Below are positions 49,003 through 60,100 of a DNA stretch of 64,000 nucleotides, in pieces. The notes under the pieces are model-generated. The model saw only the letters and a list, made by a program, of their open reading frames with translations. It did not search any database and was not told where the DNA came from. Every line of letters starts with the position of its first letter. Positions within the stretch are counted from its first letter, which is position 1. The position numbers and the translations under genes are program-made. Location: contig CAYFMS010000001.1 in NCBI GenBank assembly GCA_964344415.1, forward strand, positions 250,620 through 314,619, read 5' to 3'. This DNA is from an uncultured Gammaproteobacteria bacterium (GTDB taxonomy: Bacteria; Patescibacteriota; Patescibacteriia; UBA9934).

Positions 49003-50314
49003 AATGTTTTCTTAGCTGATTTTTCAAGAATCGCAGATAGGACGGATGCAAAGCGTCATGTCTTTTTTGCTTAATACCAAGCTTGAAAAGAGGTGGATTA
49101 ATCCCCGCCTGCCGGAAATAGGTAATTTTCGGATGCGCAACTCCTTTTCCGCGACTTGGCTTATGACGCATGATTGACCGCGCAATAAATTCATAGGTCT
49201 GATCCTTATTTAGCTGTGTGAATCGTGATTGATATACATGATCAATGACATCGAATAGATTCTGAACGCGTTTACCGGTTTTTGCTGATGTAAAAACAAG
49301 TGGGGCATAGCTAAGCATGGGCAGATGCGCCCGTAGATAATTTTCGTATTCATTTATTGTCTTGGAGTCTTTTTCTGGAATAAGGTCCCATTTATTCGCA
49401 ACAATGATGCAGCTTGCTCCTGTTTCGCTAATTTTTCCTGCAAGGAATTTATCCTGCATGCGAATGCGTTGTGTGACATCGAGCACAAAAAGTACAACAT
49501 CTGATCGTTTCATTGCGCGAAGTGTTCTTGTGACACCCGATTGTTCGAGTTTCGACTTTCCGCCATGTATGCGGGCCATTTTTCTGATTCCTGCCGTGTC
49601 CACGAGCGTATAGTTCTGCCCCGCGACTGTGATGATGGTGTCATTTGGTTCACGCGTTGTATGCTCTCGATCTGCTTCAATAAATCGATGCTCGCCGAGC
49701 ATGGAATTCAGAATTGAAGATTTCCCCACATTTGGCCGCCCAATAACAGCAACACGAAGCGATGTAATTTCACGCACTTCAACCGGTGCCTTGTCAATTT
49801 CATGAAGCTTTTCAAAAATGTCATCAAGAAGATCTCCAACGCCAAGGCTGCGTGCCGCAGAAATAGGGATTGCTTTACCAAGCGGCCAATTTGACCAACT
49901 TTTTTCGTTCACCTGACCGATGAGTTTTTGGTTGTCAGCCTTATTTGCAATGGTGAGAACGGGTGCGTCTGAAGATAGGAGCTCCTTTGCGAGTTCATGA
50001 TCTTCAGGTTGCAGTCCTGCCTGTACATCTGTAACAAAGAGAATAAGGTCCGCTTCTTTCATTGCAAGGCGCGCCTGCTCGGCAATGTTCTTTTCGATTT
50101 CATCACGATAGTCAACATCAAGTCCGCCAGTATCAACCATGCGTATTACCTCGCCACGCCAAATACAATCGGCTTCATACCGATCTCGCGTTGTGCCGGG
50201 AATGGCAGAAACAAGTGATTTTTGCTCTTCGATGAGTTTGTTAAACAAGGAAGATTTACCGACATTCGTTCTCCCGACGATGACGACTTTTGGCACATGA
50301 AGAGATATATTCAT
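48932..50314 (-). CDS. der: GTPase Der/EngA (tandem GTP-binding domains)
   Basis: VVIVGRTNVGKSSLFN and VAVIGRPNVGKSSILN P-loops. Confidence 0.9.
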   Translation of the reverse strand: MNISLHVPKVVIVGRTNVGKSSLFNKLIEEQKSLVSAIPGTTRDRYEADCIWRGEVIRMVDTGGLDVDYRDEIEKNIAEQARLAMKEADLILFVTDVQAGLQPEDHELAKELLSSDAPVLTIANKADNQKLIGQVNEKSWSNWPLGKAIPISAARSLGVGDLLDDIFEKLHEIDKAPVEVREITSLRVAVIGRPNVGKSSILNSMLGEHRFIEADREHTTREPNDTIITVAGQNYTLVDTAGIRKMARIHGGKSKLEQSGVTRTLRAMKRSDVVLFVLDVTQRIRMQDKFLAGKISETGASCIIVANKWDLIPEKDSKTINEYENYLRAHLPMLSYAPLVFTSAKTGKRVQNLFDVIDHVYQSRFTQLNKDQTYEFIARSIMRHKPSRGKGVAHPKITYFRQAGINPPLFKLGIKQKRHDALHPSYLRFLKNQLRKHYDFEGSPIRISVEERKKSHTTRG

Positions 50315-50322
50315 GATAATGG

Positions 50323-51780
50323 TTAGCGCAAAACAATATTTTGGGCATTTTGGCCTAAAATGATAAGAAAATCAACCCCTTCTTCGCCCGAAGGGCTATC
50401 AACATTGAGTTCTCTTGGCACAATTTCCGGTGAAAGGAGCCATCCTTCGACAGATTGAGCGATATCGGCACTTAAAAATTCCTTCAAAACTTCAAGCTCG
50501 GCTGACTTTTTTCCTTCAGTCAAATCGTAAATAATGGTTCTTTCATATCCGCGCGAGTCTGCATTGCTGATATCTGTGATATTGAATCCAGATGCGGCGA
50601 GGATATCCGCAAGATCGCCAGCAAGTCCAGTAACGAATGTCCCATTTTGAATTTCAACGTATATTTCTTGTTCAGGCGGTTCCAGACTACGTGCACTTGA
50701 GAAATCTAAATCTTCGTCACTAAACATATTTGCAGCCAAATATTGCAAGTCAGACCAATCATCTTGCTTTGGAAGTAGAACATAGGCTCCGTTGATCGTT
50801 GATGAATAGAGCGGGCTTCCGGGGGCATCGTCAAGGACGAAGTGATTCATATTGTCATTGCTGAGCTCTGGCGCAAATTTAGCGAGTCGTACCATTTCCC
50901 AAATCGATAAATTCGTTTCGACATGTCGATTGAAAAGTTGAGCAATGCTATTAAGTCGAGCTGGATTAAACAGGGTGCTGCTTGAAAGGATTTTGTCTTT
51001 TGCTGCCGTAATAACCTTTTGCTGTCTAGCTGCGCGCGCAAAGTCAGAACCTTCACCATTATTTCCATGTCTAGACCGCGCATATTGAAGTGCGGTTTCA
51101 CCATTCATATGCTGCCAGCCTTCTTCGAATGTCAGGCTTTGCGTCAAATCGTTCGCTGCTGGATAAAGTGGATCTGTGAATGTGCGGTCGACATAAACAT
51201 CTACGCCGCCAATAGCATCAATGAGTTCTTCAAAGCTCGAAAAATCAATTTTGACATGATATTGGATTTCTTGGTCTAGAATTTCTTCTAAAATGCTAAC
51301 GGTTTGTTCTGGTCCAGACCCCGGATCATCGATTTCTCCATAAGCATTTGCATGATTCACTTTTCGCCAGCCATATCCGGGAATTGGAACGACAAGGTCA
51401 CGAGGAATGGATAGCATGCTCGCTTCATTCGTGGATGGCTTGAAGCTAGCGAGGATGAGCGTGTCTGTTAATTCTGGTCCGTCATGGCTTCCGCCACCAA
51501 TTCCCATGAGAAGGACATTGATTCTATCGTCATTTTCACCAGAAATAGATTTATCATTCGATGTAATGAGACGTTCAAAAGGGGAGAAAAGTGTGAAATG
51601 TTCTCCTTCTCCGCTACTTGTCTGCGCGTATTGATGTGAAAAAAGAATCCCGACAATTGCGAGGGAAAGAAAGGTTGCAATGCCAAATTGGAGTCCGCGA
51701 TTTCTTTTTTTTCGTATGGACCTTTTTGGTGCAAGATTGTATTTCTTTTTAAGAAAATCAACCGAATAATCCTCGGGCAT
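50323..51780 (-). CDS. LytR-CpsA-Psr (LCP) family cell-envelope-related transcriptional attenuator domain protein
   Basis: N-terminal TM then INVLLMGIGGGSHDGPELTDTLILASF. Confidence 0.8.
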   Translation of the reverse strand: MPEDYSVDFLKKKYNLAPKRSIRKKRNRGLQFGIATFLSLAIVGILFSHQYAQTSSGEGEHFTLFSPFERLITSNDKSISGENDDRINVLLMGIGGGSHDGPELTDTLILASFKPSTNEASMLSIPRDLVVPIPGYGWRKVNHANAYGEIDDPGSGPEQTVSILEEILDQEIQYHVKIDFSSFEELIDAIGGVDVYVDRTFTDPLYPAANDLTQSLTFEEGWQHMNGETALQYARSRHGNNGEGSDFARAARQQKVITAAKDKILSSSTLFNPARLNSIAQLFNRHVETNLSIWEMVRLAKFAPELSNDNMNHFVLDDAPGSPLYSSTINGAYVLLPKQDDWSDLQYLAANMFSDEDLDFSSARSLEPPEQEIYVEIQNGTFVTGLAGDLADILAASGFNITDISNADSRGYERTIIYDLTEGKKSAELEVLKEFLSADIAQSVEGWLLSPEIVPRELNVDSPSGEEGVDFLIILGQNAQNIVLR

Positions 51781-52236
51781 AGTTATGGCGATTGTAACAT
51801 GTTTATTGTGAGTAGAAAACAGGGGGTGGGCTACCGTTACGAATTTACAGATAATACGGATATACGGATTTTTGGGTGTGGGCAGCCGTTACGGATTTAT
51901 GTGGAGGAGATAAAAGAGATTGAGGAGATTTTAGGAGCTTCCCGTCATTCCGGCCTCCGAGCCGGAATCCATCGCAATACGAAAAGCGATGGATCCTGAA
52001 TCTAGTTCAGGATGACAAGAAATCGGCATTTCGATTCAACCTTAACTTGGTCGTCGATCATAAACAGATTTGTAATCAAAAACCCGCCGAGTTGGGCGGG
52101 GAGGGATGGGCGCGGCTCGGACAAGGATGAATATCCGAGCCGCGGTGCTTGCGCACATCGGCTAAATCGAGACAGGCAAATGTACTCGGGTTTTCCGATC
52201 CCCTCACGCCGGTTTTGGTTATTGGCGTGAAGATTG

Positions 52237-52336
52237 TGGGCCGAGGAGGGCTCGAACCTCCAACTTCCGTCTATTACATCTCAGGCATAGACCTGAAATG
52301 TGGCAGACGGTGTTCTCACCATTGAACTATCGACCC
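52237..52336 (-). tRNA. Aberrant 100-nt tRNA-like gene: intact acceptor, D and T arms but 34 nt between the anticodon-stem halves (possible small intron or pseudogene)
   Basis: Minus strand GGGTCGA-TA-GTTC-AATGGTGA-GAAC-A-CCGTC-[TGCCACATTTCAGGTCTATGCCTGAGATGTAATA]-GACGG-AAGTT-GGAGG-TTCGAGC-CCTCC-TCGGCCC-A; no CCA encoded. Confidence 0.5.
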
Positions 52337-52428
52337 AGTTTCGGCAGATTATATAATTGCAAAAAGAACGTCAAGCATTTTCTATCCATACCGTAATAAA
52401 TATGCTACACTTTGCGTAGTAAAAATAT

Positions 52429-53031
52429 ATGAGATTTCGAGGACGGCAGTATACTGAAGATCATTTTTTGAAGCGATTATTGGGTTCGACGCTTGGATCA
52501 ATCGCTCTTTTTTTGCTTGAAGTCATTCAGATCGGTGTTATTGCCGGCGTCATCATTTTTAGTGTTCGAACATTTCTTGTGAAGCCATTTGTGGTACAGG
52601 GCGGGTCCATGGAGCCGAATTATTACGATAATGAGTATCTTATTATTAATCAGACGCAAAAGCAGTATAAGCGCGGCGACACGGTTGTTTTTCATCCGCC
52701 CGGAAATGAGCAGCAATTTTACATTAAACGCATTATTGGCCTACCCGGAGAAGTCGTTGAGTTAAAAGACGGTGTCATTATGATTTTTAATGACGATCAT
52801 CCGAATGGTTTTCAGCTCAATGAATCCTATATTCACGAATTCACACATGGACGTGAACGTGTAACAGTTGGTCTTGACGAATACTATCTTTTGGGGGATA
52901 ATCGTGACTCGAGTTTAGACTCGCGGAATTTTGGCCCCGTGCCAAATGAGAACATTGTTGGTAAGGTCTGGTTGCGCGGATTACCATTTGAACGCGCCGG
53001 AATTATTGATAGACCGATTTACACATATTAG
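52429..53031 (+). CDS. lepB: Signal peptidase I
   Basis: VVQGGSMEPNYYDNEYLIINQ (Ser), RGDTVVFHPPG, GDNRDSSLDSR boxes. Confidence 0.85.
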   Translation: MRFRGRQYTEDHFLKRLLGSTLGSIALFLLEVIQIGVIAGVIIFSVRTFLVKPFVVQGGSMEPNYYDNEYLIINQTQKQYKRGDTVVFHPPGNEQQFYIKRIIGLPGEVVELKDGVIMIFNDDHPNGFQLNESYIHEFTHGRERVTVGLDEYYLLGDNRDSSLDSRNFGPVPNENIVGKVWLRGLPFERAGIIDRPIYTY

Positions 53032-53037
53032 TTAGCT

Positions 53038-54372
53038 ATGCCGAAGAAATCTACGAAGAAGCAAGTGGAGGAAAAGCCAAAAAAGAAAATAACAAAACCA
53101 AAATTACTGAGAGGTTTTAGAGATATATTGCCCGAAGAGCAGGTGTACTGGAATCATGTGACCGATGCTGCGAGACGGATTTCTGAAGATTATAGCTTTG
53201 GACGTATTCGCCTTCCATACCTCGAACGCACACGACTATTTGAACGTACGATCGGAAAGGGGACGGATGTTATTGATAAGGAGATGTACAAGTTTGAGGA
53301 TGCTGGCGGAGACAAGGTTTCTTTGCGTCCTGAAGCAACGGCGCAAATAGCCCGCGCTTATATTGAACATGGAATGCTTAATTTACCGCAGCCTGTAAAG
53401 ATGTGGTACATGGGACCAATGTTCCGGCATGATCGCCCGCAAGCTGGACGGTATCGTCAGTTTTGGCAATGGGGAATCGAGGTACTTGGGTCTAGCGATC
53501 CTATTACAGATGCACAGATTATTTTGATGATGCACCGATTCATGGCTGAGCTTGGCTTGAATGTAAAAATCAAAATCAACTCAATTGGGACATCTGAATC
53601 TCGTCGAGAATACATCATGGAGCTTGTAAGTTATTTCAAGCAATTCCGAAGTAAGCTAAGTGACGTTGATAAGAAGCGATTGCAGAAGAATCCACTTCGG
53701 CTTCTTGACTCGAAAGAGGATGGAATGGCCGAATTGAAGCAGGATGCGCCTCAGATTCTTGATTGGCTTGATGATGAGTCTAAGAAAGAATTCATGACAC
53801 TTCTTGAGTATTTGACGGAGGCGGAAGTTCCATATGAACTCGATCCATTTTTGGTAAGAGGTCTTGATTATTACGGTAAAACAGCGTTTGAAGTTGTTGC
53901 CGTTGATGAAGATGGTAAAGAATTGCTTGGCGGACTATCCCTTGCTGGTGGAGGTCGATACGATGACTTGATTCCCCAAATCGGCGGTCGTGAAGAATTT
54001 GCCGGTGCTATCGGTGCCGCGGTTGGCGTGGAACGCGTAATCCTTGCAATGAAAGAATCAGGTATTGATCTTGGCCCAGGAACAGATGTTGATGTATTTT
54101 TCTGTCAGCTTGGAGAGGCTGCAAGACGAAAGGGGCTGAATATTTTTGAGGATTTCAGAAAGGCTGATGTTTCAATTGCTGAAGCATTCGGTAAAGGATC
54201 GCTCAAAGCGCAGCTTGAAACGGCAGATAAGCGTAATGCAAAAATCGCTCTTATTCTCGGACAAAAAGAGGTGCTTGATGGAACAATTATCATCCGAGAT
54301 ATGGATAGCGGTGGTCAGGAAATTGTGAATGTTGAAAAAGTGGTCAGCATTGTAAAAAAACAATTGAAGTAA
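53038..54372 (+). CDS. hisS: Histidyl-tRNA synthetase
   Basis: LRGFRDILPEE, class II motifs, C-terminal anticodon-binding domain. Confidence 0.9.
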   Translation: MPKKSTKKQVEEKPKKKITKPKLLRGFRDILPEEQVYWNHVTDAARRISEDYSFGRIRLPYLERTRLFERTIGKGTDVIDKEMYKFEDAGGDKVSLRPEATAQIARAYIEHGMLNLPQPVKMWYMGPMFRHDRPQAGRYRQFWQWGIEVLGSSDPITDAQIILMMHRFMAELGLNVKIKINSIGTSESRREYIMELVSYFKQFRSKLSDVDKKRLQKNPLRLLDSKEDGMAELKQDAPQILDWLDDESKKEFMTLLEYLTEAEVPYELDPFLVRGLDYYGKTAFEVVAVDEDGKELLGGLSLAGGGRYDDLIPQIGGREEFAGAIGAAVGVERVILAMKESGIDLGPGTDVDVFFCQLGEAARRKGLNIFEDFRKADVSIAEAFGKGSLKAQLETADKRNAKIALILGQKEVLDGTIIIRDMDSGGQEIVNVEKVVSIVKKQLK

Positions 54373-54495
54373 TCGTAATAAGGTTAAACCTTGCTTGTGT
54401 ATCAAAAAGGTTGAACCTTTTCCGGTTGAGTATTGACAAGGTGGGTCCGATATTGTACACTCCTTGCATCCTAGAATTTAGGGTGAAACCCAAAT

Positions 54496-54741
54496 ATGTC
54501 AGATATTCTTATTAAGAAAAACAAAGGCGAAAGCTTTGAATCAATGTTCCGACGGTTCAAAAACCGAGAGCGACAAAGTGGAAAACCGCTTACCGTAAAA
54601 GGAAAGCGTTACCATGCTCGAGACATTGCAAAGAATAAGCAAAAAGCCAGCGCTTTGCGAAAAATTGCTAAAGCGACAAAGATCAATTATCTGCTTCGAA
54701 GCGGAAAGATGACTGAGCAAGAATTGCGCGGTCGTCGATAA
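54496..54741 (+). CDS. rpsU: 30S ribosomal protein S21
   Basis: FRRFKNRERQSGKPLTVKGKRYHARDIAKNKQKASALRKIAK. Confidence 0.8.
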   Translation: MSDILIKKNKGESFESMFRRFKNRERQSGKPLTVKGKRYHARDIAKNKQKASALRKIAKATKINYLLRSGKMTEQELRGRR

Positions 54742-54767
54742 AAAAACCTCCCTCACGGGAGATTTTT

Positions 54768-55211
54768 TTATCCTAGGTGTTTTTGGACGAATTCGCGAAC
54801 GCGATTTCCATCGGCTTTGCCAGCTAATTCTTTCATGGCGGCACCCATAGCACGCCCCATATCTGATAAATCCGTGACCCCTGCATTGTCGAGTGCTTCT
54901 TTTACCTTGCTGGACAGTTCCTCATCACTCATTTCAGCGGGTAGATATTTCTTCAAAATGGCAATTTCTTTTTCCGTTTTTTCTACGAGATCATCGCGTG
55001 CGGCGGCTGTAAAATCTTTCAAAGCATCTTGCAATTTTTTTACATCACTTTTTACGGCTGCGACAACTTCCGCTTCTTCGAGCTCTTTCTTTAATTCAAT
55101 AGACTTATTTTTTATGCTCGATACAACGAGTCTTAAAATATCCACTGTTTCGCTATCGCGATCCTTCATCGCTTGCACCAAATCCCCCTTCAATTGTTCA
55201 AATAAATTCAT
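54768..55211 (-). CDS. GatB/YqeY domain protein
   Basis: MNLFEQLKGDLVQAMKDRDSETVDILRL...; start at ATG 55211 preferred. Confidence 0.7.
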   Translation of the reverse strand: MNLFEQLKGDLVQAMKDRDSETVDILRLVVSSIKNKSIELKKELEEAEVVAAVKSDVKKLQDALKDFTAAARDDLVEKTEKEIAILKKYLPAEMSDEELSSKVKEALDNAGVTDLSDMGRAMGAAMKELAGKADGNRVREFVQKHLG

Positions 55212-55293
55212 ATGCGCAATTGTATCATATCCTCTCCACAACTGAACTGAAATTCACAGAGCATAACTGTTATAATGACCGAAACGAAATGAA

Positions 55294-57105
55294 ATGAGAA
55301 AATTTCGGGGGACAGGGTATGTTCATATGCTCGCGGCAATGTTTGCGGTGATTCTTGTGATTTTGCTTTCGCCAGATTTTGTATCGGCGCAAGATGTGAA
55401 TTTGGACACGGTTGGTGAGGCGAGTGGTCTTGCGGGAGGGAATTTAGTGACGATTATCGGGACGATCATTCGGGTATTCATTGGTATTCTCGGCGTCGTT
55501 TTCCTTTCCCTCATGATTTATGCCGGTGCGCTTTGGATGGGGGCTGGTGGAAATCCTGAAATGGTTGAAAAGGCAAAGAAGGTTATGGTACGCGCCGTGA
55601 TTGGGCTCATCATTACACTTTCTGCTTTTGCAATCACAACATTCATTTTCAATGCTCTTCAAAATGCGGGCCTTCTTGGAACAGGAACGGGTGGACTTGG
55701 AACGACACCGGGGGCGCCTCCATTCTCAAACTCTCTTGGTAATGGTGGGATTCGCGATCATTATCCTGAACGAAATGCAACGGATGTGCCGAGAAATGCA
55801 AAAATCATTGTCACATTTAAATCCGCAATGGATCTTGAGCGCTTCATCGACGGATATGATGCAAATGGAACGCCGCTTGATGTGTCCGACGACTCGGTTG
55901 GTGGAACGCCGATCCAGGATGGTATAGCATTTCCACTTAATGACAATCTTGTAACGATTTATCCGACAGATGAGGGCGAAGGTGCAAAATTAACCTCTTC
56001 TGAAGTATCTGTTTCTTATACGGATGACCTGCAAACTTTGGTATTTGTGGTTCCGCTTCTTGGTTCTTCTGTTGAAGATACGCTGTATACAGTTGAATTG
56101 TCTGATCGCCTTGTCGACGCAGAGGGAGATCAAATTATCGACAATGGTGGATATATTTGGAATTTCACCGTTGGAACGCAAATCGATTTGACGCCTCCTT
56201 ATATTCAAAGCGTTATTCCGATTGAGGGCCGACAATATGCTCGTAATATTGTCGTTCAAATTAATTTCAGCGAAGCAGTTGATCCCGTGTCTTCTTCTGG
56301 GATCTTTAATGCTGGCGACGCAAATTCATTTAATCATATAGAAGTTACAGGAGATTTATCAGGTCCCGTATCTGGAAATTATGCGATTAGCAATGGATAC
56401 AAAACAGTGACATTCATCACAACGGACATTTGCGGGACGAACTCTTGCGGTGAAACTCTTTTCTGCCTGCCGGCGAGTGAAAATATTCGAGCGGATATTC
56501 ATGCTGCGACTCCTGGAAGTAATCCGCCTCAGGTTGATTTCTACCCATATGACGGTGTAGCAGATGTTGCTGGTAATGCTCTTGATGGAAATAATGATGG
56601 TGAAGCGGGCGATGATTTCGGATGGGATTTCCGAACGAATAATGCCATCGAACTTGCTGGTCCAGAAATTGAATCCGTGACGCCTGATATTCTGGCTGAA
56701 GATGTGCCACTCGATCAGGCGGTGACCATTGTTTGGAATGACATTTTGATGGCGAACTCTGCGACCTCGGACAATATTTCATTTGTATCACGCCCTGAGC
56801 ATGAATTGTGGTTTACGACGCGTCTTGAAGATATTGAAGGTCCATCGAGCAATATGGTTTCAAGCCTTTCACTTCCGCATGGAATTCTTCTTGAATCGAC
56901 GGAAGATCAGTCATATCTTTACGATTTATTGGTTACGCAGGGGGTGAGAAATCAGTATCAGAATTGCTATAATCCAGCGATTGGACCAGATGGATCTGGC
57001 GGAGAATGTGTGCCGCAACCTGGTGGAGCGCTTGATCAGGCATATTGTTTTAATGGTGATCCGGTAGCGGAAGATCAATTACCGAGCTCATTTATTTCGC
57101 CATGA
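55294..57105 (+). CDS. Large secreted/surface protein with signal peptide and conserved N-terminal double-hydrophobic module (paralog of next gene)
   Basis: Signal peptide ...SPDFVSAQ; IIRVFIGILGVVFLSLMIYAGALWMGAGGNPEMVEKAKKVMVRAVIGLIITLSAFAITTFIFNAL conserved with the next ORF. Confidence 0.7.
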   Translation: MRKFRGTGYVHMLAAMFAVILVILLSPDFVSAQDVNLDTVGEASGLAGGNLVTIIGTIIRVFIGILGVVFLSLMIYAGALWMGAGGNPEMVEKAKKVMVRAVIGLIITLSAFAITTFIFNALQNAGLLGTGTGGLGTTPGAPPFSNSLGNGGIRDHYPERNATDVPRNAKIIVTFKSAMDLERFIDGYDANGTPLDVSDDSVGGTPIQDGIAFPLNDNLVTIYPTDEGEGAKLTSSEVSVSYTDDLQTLVFVVPLLGSSVEDTLYTVELSDRLVDAEGDQIIDNGGYIWNFTVGTQIDLTPPYIQSVIPIEGRQYARNIVVQINFSEAVDPVSSSGIFNAGDANSFNHIEVTGDLSGPVSGNYAISNGYKTVTFITTDICGTNSCGETLFCLPASENIRADIHAATPGSNPPQVDFYPYDGVADVAGNALDGNNDGEAGDDFGWDFRTNNAIELAGPEIESVTPDILAEDVPLDQAVTIVWNDILMANSATSDNISFVSRPEHELWFTTRLEDIEGPSSNMVSSLSLPHGILLESTEDQSYLYDLLVTQGVRNQYQNCYNPAIGPDGSGGECVPQPGGALDQAYCFNGDPVAEDQLPSSFISP

Positions 57106-60100
57106 CTTTTTCTCGACGAAACATTTTGATGCTTCTTGGATTGGCGCTCGGATTTGCAGCCATACTTGGCTTTGCCGATTTTGCTTTTGCGCAAGGCGCA
57201 ATCGATTCTCTTGAAACAGTTGGAGATCAGTCTGGACTTGGGGATCAAGATATTCGTATTGTTATCGCACGAATCATTCGTACGGTACTTGGTGTTTTGG
57301 GCGTGCTTGCTGTCATTATCGTGATTTACGCAGGATTTTTATGGATGACGGCCGCTGGAAATCCAGAACGTGTTGATAAAGCAAAGCGCATTTTGATTCA
57401 GGCGATTATTGGCCTTGTTATTATCTTTTCTTCTATTGCGATCACGACATTTGTTATCAATTCTATTTTGAATGCAACGGGCGGTTCTGGCACATCTGGA
57501 TTTGGAAATGGAGGTCGAACCGTGCCAATTGGCGGTGCGACGACGACGAGTTTTGTTATCACGGAATTTGTTCCAGAGGGAGAGGTTCCGATTCGCAATG
57601 TTGTTGGACAATTGGCATTTAGCGGAAAAATTGAAGAGGAATCGGCTCAAGATGCAATTAGGGTATTTAATCTCGACACGCAGGAAGAGGAAGAAATCGA
57701 TCTTACAATCGGATTGACGCGTATTGCTATTCGTTCTGCAGAGACATGTCCGGAACCAAATGACGATCGTCGTTGCTTTGGTGAAAATACGAATTATCGT
57801 TTGACGGTTGCAGATTCTGTACGCAGTCAGGTGGGGCGAGAATTGGTTTGTAATACCCTTCATCCATGCGAATTTACATTCACAACGGGTGATTTAATCG
57901 ATGTCGATGATCCGAATGCGAATCTTATTATCCCCGGTAATGGGCAGAGATTAGCGCCAAGTTCTCTTGTTGATGTGCAGGTGCATGCAACGGATGATAG
58001 CGCGGTTGCGGCGGCCGATTTCCGCGCTGAGGGGGATCTCTTCAATTCTGTTCCGGCGACAGGTGATGATTTGACTGATGTAACCATTGATACGCTTTGG
58101 GATAATGCAGGGTTTGAAGAAAATGCAACATATACCCTTGATGTCACTGTTATAGATATTGCAGGAAATACAGATACCGATTCAGTGTCTGTACGAATCA
58201 ATCCTGCGCATTGTTATAATGGTTCATTTGACGATGATCTTGGTGAAACGGGATTGGATTGCGGAGGTGTTTGCGGGGCTTGTCAGGGTGGTGCATGTAC
58301 GGATTCTTCGGAGTGTGCATTCGGAAGTTGTATTAATAATGTATGTACTGCGCTTCCAATTATCGAGGGTATATCTCCAGATAATGGTGCTCCGGGTACA
58401 TTTGTATACATTCAAGGATCATTTTTCGGATCCACAGCGGGTCAGGTGTTTTTCACAGGTGAAAATGGCACTTTGCTTGCGGCGACATCTCCAGCTTGCT
58501 CCGAGGGGTGGGGCCATTCAGGGGTAATGGTCGAGGTTCCGGTTGGCGCTGTTGATGGTCCGATTACACTGCGAACAGCTGCAGGACTTGAAGATGCATC
58601 AAATGACGACAATGGTCCTCTTCATTCTGATTTCGATGTGAATGAATTGCAGAGACCGAATCTTTGTCGTATTTCTCCAAATACAGGAAGGCAAAGGTCA
58701 GTAGTGAATTTGATTGGAGACAATTTTGGTTCTGCGCTCGAAGATGATTCCGCGGTGCATTTCGACTTAGATGAATCATTCCTTTTTGATGAAACAGAGC
58801 CAAATAGTTATGAATCTTGGTCAAATGATTCCATCTCCGTAACCACGCCGGGAATTCCGGATGATGATTATTTCGTGACGGTGTCGACTGGTGGTATACG
58901 GTCAAATCCTGCGCCATTTTTCATGCGCAGTCAGTCATCGGATGACTTTGAAGATTTACCTCAAATTTCGGGCATTGACCCATCATCTGGCGGTATTGGA
59001 AGTTATGTCACCATTTCTGGACTGCATTTTGGAAGTCGTATTGGTACGGTTCGATTTGAAAATACTCGAACAGGCGAGAGTGGTGTGGCGAGCATTGATT
59101 TCCCAGAGAGCTGCTCTGAAGGTTTTTGGAATAATGATCAAGTCATCGTAATCATCCCTGACGCATATGATAATGGAAATGCCGTTCAGGCTGATGCACA
59201 TAGCGTTTATCTTATTCGAAGTGATGGCGCGATTTCAAATAGCAGTAGTTTTCAGGTAACGAATGCGAGTCCAGATCCGGGTATTTGTCTTTTGGATCCA
59301 GATATTGGTTCCAGTGGTACGACGGTGACTATTCATGGGGACCATTTTGGTGACGGTGCTGGCAATGTCACATTTTATAATGAAATTGACGGATCGATTA
59401 CGAGTTGGGGAAATCAGCAAATTACCGTTGAAGCTCCTACGGGCGAAACGGGGCCTGTTTATGTAACTACGGTAAGTGATCAAGATGCATTCGGGGGGCT
59501 TGAGAGTAATCGGGTCAATTTTGAATTCGGTATTCAGGATGATTCGGTAGAAGTGGCCGGGGTAAGGAGTGGGTATGGATTTACCTTCTCAACGGGAATA
59601 ATCCCAGAAACGCCGAGTATCGTGATCGCTTGTAATGAAGATATTATCAGTGGGGTCCCGAATGCACAGTTTACGCAGAGTGTTTGTCATAATGTGCTTG
59701 TAAAAGCTGACTTTACAACGCTCATGGATCATTCATCACTTCGAATGGGGGAATCTGTTCTTGTACAGGAATGTCTGAATGATCGATGTGGACGTCTTGG
59801 TGATCCAATTGATGCGGAGCTGCGTCTTTATGATGCATCAGGGTTTACATATTTTGAAACAGAGCCATTTGGAAATCAGGCGGCATCTGCAAATACCAAA
59901 TACCAAGTAACGGTTACGACGGCGGCATCATCTGCCGAGGGTATTCCATTCGATCGTGATATTTCTTGGCAATTTGAAACAGGGGATGAAAATGCATCAT
60001 GTACGGTTGAAGATGTACTTTTGGTGCCAGATGAGGAAATTTTGACATATGAAGGGCAGCAAAGCGAATTCCGAAGCTATGCAACGGATGGATCATGTTT

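Noticed and set aside
52012-52230. 72-aa ORF in the hairpin-rich spacer next to the aberrant tRNA
   Set aside because: The region is dominated by long perfect stem-loops and direct repeats. The translation is low-complexity with no RBS, so it is more likely structured non-coding DNA or RNA.
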